Shown here piece by piece: positions 1 to 7,600 of a stretch of 32,000 nucleotides of DNA. This DNA is from Mucisphaera calidilacus. GTDB taxonomy: Bacteria; Planctomycetota; Phycisphaerae; Phycisphaerales; Phycisphaeraceae. Each line of letters begins with the position of its first letter. The stretch's first letter is position 1. The position numbers and the translations under genes were made by a program. The stretch covers positions 660,001 through 692,000 of the forward strand of contig NZ_CP036280.1 of assembly GCF_007748075.1 (NCBI RefSeq). Reading direction: 5' to 3'. The notes below the pieces were generated by a model, which saw only the letters and a list, made by a program, of their open reading frames with translations, was not told the origin of the DNA and made no database searches.

Positions 1-323
1 TGGATGTAGGGGTAGATCATCGGGATCTGGATGCCCTGCGTGTTGTAAGAGATCGAGAGGGGGAATTTTGCGCCGCTGGGGAGGGTGGCGTCGAAGGATG
101 AGGGCAGGTAGTCGTCGTTGTCGAAGGCGTAGTACTGGGCGCCGAGTGAGAGTTGGCGCAGGCCCGAGAGGCAGGACATGTCCTGGGCGGCTCTGCGAGC
201 CGCGCCGAGTGCGGGGAGGAGGATGCCGATGAGCAGGGCGATGATGGAGATGACGACGAGCAGTTCGATGAGGGTGAAACCGGAGTTGCTTCGGGGTGTC
301 GGTGGCTGGTTGCGCGTCATCAT
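1..323 (-). CDS. Prepilin-type N-terminal cleavage/methylation domain protein (type II secretion pseudopilin-like, DUF1559-like); C-terminus lies outside the window
   Basis: Absent from the ORF track because it runs off the window edge. Reverse-complement translation from ATG at 323 gives [74 protein letters not shown]... This contains the G|FTLIELLVV prepilin-peptidase motif followed by a hydrophobic helix. Confidence 0.8.
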   Translation of the reverse strand, partial: MMTRNQPPTPRSNSGFTLIELLVVISIIALLIGILLPALGAARRAAQDMSCLSGLRQLSLGAQYYAFDNDDYLPSSFDATLPSGAKFPLSISYNTQGIQIPMIYPYI

Positions 324-391
324 GAGTCTCCTGTAGGGGCGCAGCACACCACACGGTCTGCCGTGACCTGTGCGATGTCGGGTGAGAGAAG

Positions 392-421
392 CCGGTCCCG
401 CGCCGTCAGGCGGGGAACCGG
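392..421 (-). terminator. Candidate stem-loop terminator downstream of the first PEP-CTERM gene
   Basis: CCGGTCCCGC-gccgtcag-GCGGGGAACCGG is an imperfect GC-rich hairpin about 14 nt after the TAA stop at 435-437. On the minus strand it is followed by CTTCTCTC. There is no strong U-run. Confidence 0.35.
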
Positions 422-434
422 GGGTAGGGTGGTT

Positions 435-1232
435 TTATGCCGCGTGACGGCGGACGAGTCCGGCGATGCCGAGGCCGAGGAGGGCCAGGGCGGAGGGTTC
501 GGGTGTGACGCGGATGTCTTCGAAGCTGACGTTGGCGAACTCGGCGGAGTTGTTGAGGTCGGGTGAGATCTGAGTGTAGAAGCCGACGTTGTACTGGAGG
601 GGTCCGCCCTCGAGGTTGGACCAGTCGAGGAGTCCGCTGGACTCGAGGCCGTTGCCTCGGTCGATGACGTACTCGACCTTTCCGGGGACGCCGAAGCTGC
701 CGCTGGGCGTGTAGGTCATCTGCATGAAGATGGTGTCGCCGAGGGTGTATCCGTCGCCGCCGCCGTTGCTGCCGAAGATGAAGAAGGGTGCGCCGCCGCC
801 GAAGGCGACGATCTCGCCGGCGTCGGAGTTGATGAGGAAGAGTGCGTCGCCGGTGATGCCGCTGTTGACGCGGATGCCGGCTTCCTTGCGGGGTGCGGCG
901 GAGCCGACGTTCATGGTGACGTTGGCGCTGACGGAGAATCCGTCGTTGAGGTTGAGGAGGGTCGCGGTGGCGCCGCCGTCCATGGAGATCATGGCGTCGT
1001 GTCGGTTGGCCCAGTTGCCGCCGATGCCGTCGTCGGCGTAGCCGGACTCGTTGAAGGCGACGATGGCGGGGAAGTTGTCGGTGGTGGTGAGTGTGGTGGT
1101 GCTGAAGTCGTTGAAGAAGCGTTCGCTGATGGCGACGCCGTCGGTGAGTTCAGCGCTGGCGTACAGGGGTGCGGTGATGGCGAGCGCGAGAGTGCATGAT
1201 GCCGCGATACGGGTTGTTGCGAGATTCTCCAT
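435..1232 (-). CDS. Secreted PEP-CTERM sorting-domain protein with an uncharacterised N-terminal domain (paralog 1)
   Basis: From ORF 435..1370. Start trimmed to ATG 1232, which has GAGGAGG 6 nt upstream and opens the signal peptide MENLATTRIAASCTLALAITAPLYASA. The C-terminus VTPEPSALALLGLGIAGLVRRHAA is a PEP motif plus hydrophobic helix plus basic tail. Confidence 0.85.
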   Translation of the reverse strand: MENLATTRIAASCTLALAITAPLYASAELTDGVAISERFFNDFSTTTLTTTDNFPAIVAFNESGYADDGIGGNWANRHDAMISMDGGATATLLNLNDGFSVSANVTMNVGSAAPRKEAGIRVNSGITGDALFLINSDAGEIVAFGGGAPFFIFGSNGGGDGYTLGDTIFMQMTYTPSGSFGVPGKVEYVIDRGNGLESSGLLDWSNLEGGPLQYNVGFYTQISPDLNNSAEFANVSFEDIRVTPEPSALALLGLGIAGLVRRHAA

Positions 1233-1388
1233 GGTGATCCTCCTCTGTGGTTGACAGGACGTGAAACGGGTTTGGCGTCCGGCTCGGCACGCGCGGGCCG
1301 GTCGCGGGTGTTGGGCCGGTGATGTGCCGGCGTTGAGACGTTGGCTGGGGATGTGTGTCGCGTGACACATGGTTGATCCTGCTTGGGG

Positions 1389-2525
1389 TCAGTGTCGGCG
1401 TGTGAGACCGAGTGCGGCGAGGCTCAGCAGCGTGAGGCTCGCGGGTGCGGGGACGGCATTGGTTTCGAAGTTGCTGGCGAGAATCGAGAGGTCGAGCAGG
1501 TCGACGGTGGTGTCGGTGTTGAAGTTGCCGCCGGCCCAGCCGGCGCCGGCGTCGAAGTTGCTGGCGAGTGCTGAGAGGTCGAGTAGGTCGACGCTGCCGT
1601 CGAGTGTGGCGTCGCCGAAGCTGGTGGCGAGGATGTCCTCGACGATGAAGTTGAGGTCGCCGTTGTCGACGCCATTCTGCCCGTCGAGGTCGTAGACGGG
1701 GTCGGTGGATCCGGTTCGGATGGCGGCGGTGAGCAGGTCGATGTCGGTGGCGTCAACGACGCCGTCGTTGTTGAAGTCGCCGGGGATTGTGTTGCCGCCG
1801 TCGGTGATGGTCCAGTTGGCGGTGGTGACCTTTCCGAAGTCTGCGGGGAAGGCGAAGACGTTGGGGGGGAACTGGGCGTAGACGCCGAGGCTGCTGCCGT
1901 CGATGACGCCGTTCTCGAGGTTGTTGATTTCGCGGGGGCCGCTGGAGGCTCCGTCGACGAGGAACTCCATGGTTGCGGGCGTGGAGCCGCCCTGGCCGTC
2001 GCCGGGGGTGTAGATGAGTCGGAGGTTGACGGTCTCGCCGAGGGTGTAGGTTTTTCCGTCGAACTCGACGCCGTCGTCGTCGTCGTTGGTTGAGCTGAGG
2101 TAGGGGAACTGCCCGCCGAAGACGGCGATCTCGCCGTCGTTCTTGATGAGGAACTGTCCGTGCCCGCCGAAGTAGCTCTCGAGGTAGATGCCGGTTTCTT
2201 TGATGGTAGTGTCGGAGCCGATTTCGAGGGTGATGTCGACGCTGAAGTCGAAGGCCTCGTCGTTCTGGAATTCGTAGGGGTTGCTGTCGTCGGCGGAGAG
2301 CCAGAGTGCGTGTCGGTTGGCCCAGTCGGCGCCGCCGTCGGGGACGAAGTCGGTTTCGTCGAGGATGACGCCGGTGAGGTCGTTGTCGGTGACGACGAGG
2401 TTGGTGCCGGGGAAGTCGTTGAAGATTCGCAGCTGGGTTGAGACGCTGTTGATGTCGCTGATGGCGGCCTGTGCGGTGGCGGTGCAACCGATGGCGATGA
2501 GCAGTGACGTGGACGTGTGACGCAT
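1389..2525 (-). CDS. Secreted PEP-CTERM protein: uncharacterised N-terminal domain (paralog 2), four dockerin-type repeats, then the PEP-CTERM anchor
   Basis: From ORF 1389..2606. Start trimmed to ATG 2525, preceded by AGGAGTCAGGAGCC, with signal peptide MRHTSTSLLIAIGCTATAQAA. Dockerin/EF-hand-like segments are DFNNDGVVDATDIDLL, DLDGQNGVDNGDLNFIV, DATLDGSVDLLDLSALA and NFNTDTTVDLLDLSILA. The C-terminus is VPAPASLTLLSLAALGLTRRH. Confidence 0.85.
   Translation of the reverse strand: MRHTSTSLLIAIGCTATAQAAISDINSVSTQLRIFNDFPGTNLVVTDNDLTGVILDETDFVPDGGADWANRHALWLSADDSNPYEFQNDEAFDFSVDITLEIGSDTTIKETGIYLESYFGGHGQFLIKNDGEIAVFGGQFPYLSSTNDDDDGVEFDGKTYTLGETVNLRLIYTPGDGQGGSTPATMEFLVDGASSGPREINNLENGVIDGSSLGVYAQFPPNVFAFPADFGKVTTANWTITDGGNTIPGDFNNDGVVDATDIDLLTAAIRTGSTDPVYDLDGQNGVDNGDLNFIVEDILATSFGDATLDGSVDLLDLSALASNFDAGAGWAGGNFNTDTTVDLLDLSILASNFETNAVPAPASLTLLSLAALGLTRRH
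1464..1785 (-). repeat. Intragenic dockerin-type repeat region (four Ca-binding-like segments)
   Basis: The last two segments are also visible as a DNA direct repeat. gaagttgctggcgag...agaggtcgag.aggtcgacg starts at 1467 and again at 1554, an offset of 87 nt (29 codons). By eye, roughly 40 of the first 49 positions are identical. Confidence 0.7.
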
Positions 2526-2605
2526 GGCTCCTGACTCCTGTTTTGAGATGGCTGTGTGGCGAAACGATCTCATTTTGCGATGCCTGTGGTGTTTCCGGCG
2601 GCCCA

Positions 2606-2619
2606 AGAAAGCGCTTACA
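2606..2619. promoter_or_regulatory. LacI-type operator candidate, site A (AGAAAGCGCTTACA)
   Basis: Pseudo-palindrome centred on CG, about 80 nt upstream of the paralog-2 PEP-CTERM gene start (2525). One of four near-identical copies in this locus. Confidence 0.5.
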
Positions 2620-2680
2620 TGAGATTCAGGGCATTGAGGGCGGTTGACTCAGACTTTCAAAAACACCGTAATCCATCATA

Positions 2681-2694
2681 TGGAAACGCTTACA
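2681..2694. promoter_or_regulatory. LacI-type operator candidate, site B (TGGAAACGCTTACA)
   Basis: Fits the TGnAAnCGnTTnCA architecture of LacI/CcpA-family operators. It lies about 155 nt upstream of the gene start at 2525 and downstream of the GH94 stop. Confidence 0.45.
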
Positions 2695-2756
2695 TAGTAC
2701 ATCCCCACGTCGGGGTGTCAAGATTTTTTGTCTTCGAGCTGGAAGATGGTGGCGGT

Positions 2757-5700
2757 TCACAGGATCACCTCCAGGTCGGCCTTGCCTTTCTGGGGCAGGC
2801 TTGAGGCGGGGAGGATGAGTCCGCCCTCGCGGTAGGGGTTGGGTTCGCGTCGGAGTCCGCCAACGGGCTTGCCGTTGATGTTGATACGGGCGGGTCCGTG
2901 GCCGCGGTCGTTGATGTGATAGGTGCATCGGATGGTGGCGCGGCCGCGGTCGAAGGTGTAGGCGAGGCCGTCGAGACGCTGGGGCAGGACGGGGTCGATG
3001 ACGATGGCGTCGGCGGTTTCGCGCCAGCCGAGGAGTGAGCGGATGACGGCGGAGACGTAGATGCCGGGGCCGCTGGAGTAGATGCGCCACCCGCCCTTGA
3101 CGGGGATGTTGCCGGTCATGACGTCTTCGTAGCGGCGTGTGGCCTCGTCGCGGTTGGCGACGTCGGCGTCGGAGCTGCTGAAGTAGGCGTTGGCCTGTCT
3201 GCGTTGGGCGTGGTGGACGTGGTCGTCGAGTTTGACGGGTGTGGCGCAGAGCAGTGCGTCGACGAGGGCGTCGGCTTCGCCGAGGCAGGCGAGTGCTTCG
3301 GCGTAGCGTAGGTGTGCGTGGACGTACATCAGGCCGATTTCGCGGCTGAAGGCGGCGGCGCTCTCGGCGCGTTGGAAGAAGCGTTCGATGCCGCCGAGGT
3401 AGGCGGTGGGGCGGTCCATGAGTCGGGCGCCGTCGGGTGCGAGCAGGTGGCTGCGGATGAGGCGGAGGTGCGTGTGGGCTTCCTGGGCGGTGAAGAGTCC
3501 GCTGAGGATGCCGCGTGTCATGGGCAGGAGTCGGTAGCGGAGTCCGGTGCGGACGTCCTGCGGGTGGAGGATCGGCTCGAAGGCGTTGTTGTTCTCGCGG
3601 TGGTAGCCCATGCCGCAGATGACGCCGTCGGGCATGAGGTGTTTGCGGACGTCGTCGCGGACGTCGGCGGCGCGTTGGCGCAGTCGTCGGCTTGCGGATT
3701 GATCGGCGCCGCAGGCGTGGAGTGCGGTGCCGAGTTCGCGGAGCGTCTGGCTGAGCAGTTCGCAGGTCCAGGTGCTGACGAGTCGTTCGCGGAGGGGTTG
3801 GGAGGTGGGTTGGAGGGCGTCGTTCCAGTCGCCGTGGCCGTAGCGCATAAGGCGTGTGCCGGGGACGAAGGATTTCTCGATGAAGCTGACGGCGTGTAGG
3901 GCGTGTTCGAGGATGGTGGCTCGGGCGTCGGTGGCGTAGTAGGGCAGGGATTCTTTGAGGAGGGAGCGGTCGCCGGTGGCGAGGAGGTAGGTCGCGAGTG
4001 CCTTGAGGGGCCAGACGACGACGTCGCCATGGCTGTCGGCCTGCCGGATGCCGGTGTAGCCGTCGAACATGAACCACTGGGGCCAGTCGCCCGCTTCGTT
4101 TTGCTCGGCGAAGAGCCGGACGAGGATGTCGCGGACGGGCTGAGCTTGTCCCTTGGCGAGGAGGAACTCGACGGGTCCCTGGCAGACGTCGCGGACGCCC
4201 CATGCGCCGCCGTTGAACTGTTCGAGGCCGTGGGGCGAGGCAAGATGGATCAGTGCGTTGTGGCCGAACCAGCGGAGGGTGTCTTCGATGCGGCTGACGT
4301 GGGGGTCGTCGTGTTCGAGTCGGAGTCCTGCGTCGAGTTGGAGCCAGTCGGTCTGGGTGTCTCCGGTGGTGGTGCTGCGGGATGGGGTGTCGGTGTCGTC
4401 GAGTCCGCCTGTCATGCGGAGGGTGAAGCGGTCGACGGGTTTGGTCTGCATGGCGACCCAGGGGTAGCCGCGTGCGCGTCCGTCGGCGAAGAGCAGTTCG
4501 TCGCCGCCGAGGGCTTCGAGTTGTTCGGGATCTTCGGCGGCGAGGGCGAACCAGGCGTCGGGCTCATGCTGTCCGAACTCGCTGGCGGCGCTGGGGCGGA
4601 GGGTGAGTGAGCCTTGGTCGGGATCGATTTCGACGGTTCCGGCCTGTCCGAACTCGACGGCTCCGAGGGCGACGTCGGAGACGAGTATGAGTCGCAGCGG
4701 CGGCCCGTCGATGTCGATGGAGAGGTTGAGTGCGGGCGGTTGTGATTCGGTCCGGCAGTGGATCTTGAGGGTTGTGTCATCGTGTTGATAGAGCCAAGTG
4801 GCGGCGTCGCGGGTGAGGCTCATGGCGGAGGGGACGCCGAGTTGGTGCCAGCCCGATTCAAGCCGGACAAGGATGCGGAGTCCGCCTCGTGAGGCGACGT
4901 CGCTGGGGTTGCGGGTGACGGGGAGGATTTTCTGGAGGACGGTGTTGCCGAGGGTGATCTGGGAGGCGAAGACGCCGTGCATCCAGATGGTCGAGCTGAT
5001 GTCGTTGTCGGCGGGCAGGAGGTTGTCGGCGGCGCGGAGGATGTGGCCGTGGGGGCGTTCGGTGGCGGCTTCCTTGAGGGCGGTGATGACGTGTTCGTCG
5101 GTGCCTCGGAAGAAGGAGAGCGTCTCGCCGTTGGTTTTTTCCTTGTGTCGCCAGGGTGCGGGGAAGTGTTTGCGGAGCGTCTTTTTCTTCATCCGTTCGC
5201 CGGCGAGTCGTGGCAGTCGTTCGAGTCGGTGGCGGTCGACGCGCGCGGTTTCGGCGCGTGCCTGTTCGCGGGCGTGGGCGGCCCAGTCGAAGAGGGGGGT
5301 GAGGGTTTTCAGGTCGTGGTGGTCAGAGGCCTCGGGGTGGTCGGGCTGGAAGACGGCGGCGAAGGTCCAGGCGTGGTGTTCGTTCGCGGTGCAGGTGATG
5401 GGGATGGACTGGAGTGTGGTGGCGGCGAACTCGCCCTGGTGAACGCCGATGCCGATGCGTCGCGAGCGCAGGCGTTCGGGCTGTCCGGTTGAGCGGTGAC
5501 CGGGGCCGAAGAAGCAGACGCCGTCGGTCAGGCATCCTTCGCCGCCGGTGACGCAGGCCTGAGCGAGCCAGGGGAATCGTCCGTCGACGGGGCGGTTCTG
5601 GCGTGTCAGGGCGACGGGGCCCCAGTGCTGTGCCTGTTCGATGCGCTGGTCGAGGTACTGGGCGTTGTAGGCCTCGTTGATCAGGACGCCTGCGCGTGTG

Positions 5701-6080
5701 GAGAGGCCGAGGTCCTGGACGAGGATGGCGTCGAGGGTGGCGGGGTGTTCGGTGTGGACGTCGATGCGCCAGCACCATGCGGGCTGGTTCGGGTGGAGCA
5801 TGAGGGTGCATCGGTAGCGGATGTCATCCCAGGTCCCGGACCATGCTGCGGCGGACTCGCTGAGGCCGAAGGCGCTGTTGGCGTCGGGCGTGTTGAGTCC
5901 GATGGCGTTGACGCTCTGGTCGTAGTGCCGGCGGAGGTAGAGGCGTCCGGTGGTGCCTCGGAGCGGGTCGCCGATGGCGTGGTTGATGAGGATGTTGTCG
6001 TGGGTGATGGCGTGCAGGACGCCGTTGGGGTGAAACGTGACGCAGAGGCCGGCGTCGTTGTTCAGGCGGAGCAGGGTCAT
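2757..6080 (-). CDS. GH94-like glycoside phosphorylase (1107 aa), candidate 1,2-beta-oligoglucan phosphorylase
   Basis: This is the C-terminal 1107 codons of ORF 2757..7127, starting at ATG 6080 (MTLLRLNNDAGLCVTFHPNG...). It contains RYGHGDWNDALQP; from memory, GDWND is the context of the catalytic Asp in GH94-type (alpha/alpha)6 phosphorylases. No signal peptide. The size matches the long GH94 sophoro-oligosaccharide phosphorylases rather than the roughly 800-aa cellobiose phosphorylases. It lies adjacent to the GH144-like gene. Confidence 0.7.
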   Translation of the reverse strand: MTLLRLNNDAGLCVTFHPNGVLHAITHDNILINHAIGDPLRGTTGRLYLRRHYDQSVNAIGLNTPDANSAFGLSESAAAWSGTWDDIRYRCTLMLHPNQPAWCWRIDVHTEHPATLDAILVQDLGLSTRAGVLINEAYNAQYLDQRIEQAQHWGPVALTRQNRPVDGRFPWLAQACVTGGEGCLTDGVCFFGPGHRSTGQPERLRSRRIGIGVHQGEFAATTLQSIPITCTANEHHAWTFAAVFQPDHPEASDHHDLKTLTPLFDWAAHAREQARAETARVDRHRLERLPRLAGERMKKKTLRKHFPAPWRHKEKTNGETLSFFRGTDEHVITALKEAATERPHGHILRAADNLLPADNDISSTIWMHGVFASQITLGNTVLQKILPVTRNPSDVASRGGLRILVRLESGWHQLGVPSAMSLTRDAATWLYQHDDTTLKIHCRTESQPPALNLSIDIDGPPLRLILVSDVALGAVEFGQAGTVEIDPDQGSLTLRPSAASEFGQHEPDAWFALAAEDPEQLEALGGDELLFADGRARGYPWVAMQTKPVDRFTLRMTGGLDDTDTPSRSTTTGDTQTDWLQLDAGLRLEHDDPHVSRIEDTLRWFGHNALIHLASPHGLEQFNGGAWGVRDVCQGPVEFLLAKGQAQPVRDILVRLFAEQNEAGDWPQWFMFDGYTGIRQADSHGDVVVWPLKALATYLLATGDRSLLKESLPYYATDARATILEHALHAVSFIEKSFVPGTRLMRYGHGDWNDALQPTSQPLRERLVSTWTCELLSQTLRELGTALHACGADQSASRRLRQRAADVRDDVRKHLMPDGVICGMGYHRENNNAFEPILHPQDVRTGLRYRLLPMTRGILSGLFTAQEAHTHLRLIRSHLLAPDGARLMDRPTAYLGGIERFFQRAESAAAFSREIGLMYVHAHLRYAEALACLGEADALVDALLCATPVKLDDHVHHAQRRQANAYFSSSDADVANRDEATRRYEDVMTGNIPVKGGWRIYSSGPGIYVSAVIRSLLGWRETADAIVIDPVLPQRLDGLAYTFDRGRATIRCTYHINDRGHGPARININGKPVGGLRREPNPYREGGLILPASSLPQKGKADLEVIL

Positions 6081-6175
6081 GCCTGATTCGTCGAGCAGCG
6101 AGCGCACCTGCCTTGGGCGCAGGGCGGGTGATGCGTTGGTGTCGCTGGCGGTGTTCGCGATGGACGGGTCGCTGG

Positions 6176-7525
6176 TCAACGTCGGCTTTCTTTCGGGTTT
6201 CGCTGGTCGGGCGGGAGGGGTTGGTCGGTGAAGATCGAGACGGTGCTGGTGTGCTCGCGTTCGGCGTCGGTGAGGGGACGGAAGCCGGCGAGTTTCATGG
6301 CCCGCTGGACTTCGGGGTTCTTGCCGAAGACTTTCCAGACGAGACCGCTGCGGTGGTTCTCGGCCATGAGCAGGGTGATGCCGACGTCGATGCCGATGAC
6401 CTGCTGGTTGTACCAGTCGGTGTGGGGGTTGAAGGCGTCGACAAAGCCGTAGGTGGTGAAGGACCGTGGGTAGTCGGCCTTCATCTTCATGAGGGCGGGG
6501 ATGGTGGCGTCGGGTGCCATGGGGATGGATCCTGCGGGGGCGCAGGGGACGACGGCACCGTCGATCTCGCCTTGTGCGGGCGGTGCGCCGATGACGCGGT
6601 AGCCGTCCGGCCCGTCGGCGGCGGTGAGTCCCCACATGTCTGGGCCGTACCTGGGGAAGCGGCTGGCGAGGTCGGCGACGAATTGCTGCTGGGCGAGGGT
6701 GGCGAGGACGGAGTTGCTCCAGTAGTCGGCGTAGTCGTCGCGTTGATCGCGGAAGTCGAACCAGGCGTGAGAGAACTGATGGGTAAACAGGGGCGGGCAC
6801 TCGAGGAAGGTTCTGCCGCCGTAGGTGACGAGTCGGTTGCGTTTCCAGGCGTGCCAGGCCTCGGGGGGCAGGGTGTGGGTCTGGGAGCCCATGCCCAGGA
6901 GGTAGAGCATCATCAGTTCGTTGTAGTCGTGCCAGCGGGCCTTGAGGAAGCCGGTTTCGGGTTTCCAGCCCATGGTGAGGGTTTCGCCGCCGTTCATCAT
7001 CCAGACCCAGTCGACGCGGTCGTAGAGTTGTTGGGCGACGGTTTCGAGTTCGGTGCCGGGGAAGGCGGCTTTGACGGTGAGGACGCCATTGATGAGCAGG
7101 GCGGTGTCGATGCTGGAGAGTTCGCACTGCCAGACGCGTTCGCCTGTGTCCATGTCGACGAAGTGGTAGTAGAAGCCGTTGACGTGCTCCATCTCGTCGC
7201 GGAAGAACTTGAGGGTGGCGAGCGAGCGGTCGTAGGCCTGGTCGCGTGAGATCCAGCCGCGTTCCATGCCGATGACGTAGGCGGTGAGTCCGTAGCCAAC
7301 GGAGGCGATGCTGGAGACGTCCATGCCTTGGGAGCCGTCGGCCATGGCGCGGTCGGGGATGAGGCCGTTGTGGGTGTTGGCCTCGCGCCAGAAGAAGTCG
7401 AAGCTGCGTCGGCTGAGTTCGTCGAGGAAGGCGTCCTGCTCGGCGGTAAGGTCGGCGGGCTGGGCGTTGACGACCGGCGCGGTGGCGAGCAGCAGCGTGA
7501 TGATCAGGCAGGCGAAGCGAAACAC
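6176..7525 (-). CDS. Secreted DUF3131/GH144-like protein, candidate endo-beta-1,2-glucanase
   Basis: 449 aa with a GTG start at 7525 and signal peptide MFRFACLIITLLLATAPVVNAQ. The segments FDFFWREANTHNGLIPDR...SSIASVGYGLTAY...NGFYYHFVDMDTGER...SSIDTALLINGVL match my recollection of the DUF3131 / 'glucoamylase family' (GH144) pattern. Confidence 0.7.
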   Translation of the reverse strand: MFRFACLIITLLLATAPVVNAQPADLTAEQDAFLDELSRRSFDFFWREANTHNGLIPDRAMADGSQGMDVSSIASVGYGLTAYVIGMERGWISRDQAYDRSLATLKFFRDEMEHVNGFYYHFVDMDTGERVWQCELSSIDTALLINGVLTVKAAFPGTELETVAQQLYDRVDWVWMMNGGETLTMGWKPETGFLKARWHDYNELMMLYLLGMGSQTHTLPPEAWHAWKRNRLVTYGGRTFLECPPLFTHQFSHAWFDFRDQRDDYADYWSNSVLATLAQQQFVADLASRFPRYGPDMWGLTAADGPDGYRVIGAPPAQGEIDGAVVPCAPAGSIPMAPDATIPALMKMKADYPRSFTTYGFVDAFNPHTDWYNQQVIGIDVGITLLMAENHRSGLVWKVFGKNPEVQRAMKLAGFRPLTDAEREHTSTVSIFTDQPLPPDQRNPKESRR

Positions 7526-7547
7526 GGGCAGTCTCGATTCTGCGGCG

Positions 7548-7561
7548 GGAAACCGCTTACA
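7548..7561. promoter_or_regulatory. LacI-type operator candidate, site C (GGAAACCGCTTACA)
   Basis: Lies 23 nt upstream of the GH144-like start (7525), between that gene and the lacI-family stop (7601). Confidence 0.5.
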
Positions 7562-7600
7562 TGGGCGTTGATTCTGATCGCGTGGGCGTTACCGCCCGTC

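Noticed and set aside
1261-1276. GTGAAACGGGTTTGGC upstream of the first PEP-CTERM gene, considered as a fifth operator copy.
   Set aside because: Only the GAAAC half resembles the motif and the conserved CGCTTACAT half is absent. The similar-looking GCGAAACGATCTCAT at about 2559-2573 is also too divergent to count.
1464-1610. Tandem DNA repeats considered as a possible CRISPR array or VNTR.
   Set aside because: The repeats are in frame, imperfect and encode dockerin-type segments inside a CDS. There is no spacer/repeat periodicity.
2617-2622. The ATG-TAA mini-ORF formed on the minus strand by every copy of the operator motif (ATGTAAGCG...).
   Set aside because: A start codon followed directly by a stop encodes nothing. 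The ATG is more simply part of the conserved binding-site flank.
2556-2804. 82-aa plus-strand ORF in the GH94 / PEP-CTERM intergenic region.
   Set aside because: It has no ribosome-binding site or recognisable motif. It spans two operator-like sites and runs into the GH94 3' end, so the region is better explained as regulatory DNA.
1753-4203. Arg/Pro/His-rich minus-strand ORFs (1753..2487 and 2626..4203), plus many 60-240-aa ORFs throughout the track.
   Set aside because: These are alternative frames of supported genes with extreme composition, so they are not independent coding regions.
6081-7127. The N-terminal 349 codons of the 1456-aa ORF 2757..7127 (MRTLQHRHRPAHQ...).
   Set aside because: This part is extremely Arg/Pro/His-rich and low-complexity. 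It overlaps the well-supported GH144-like CDS (6176..7525) in another frame on the same strand. It is a typical open-frame artefact of GC-rich DNA. The real gene starts at 6080 or 6179.
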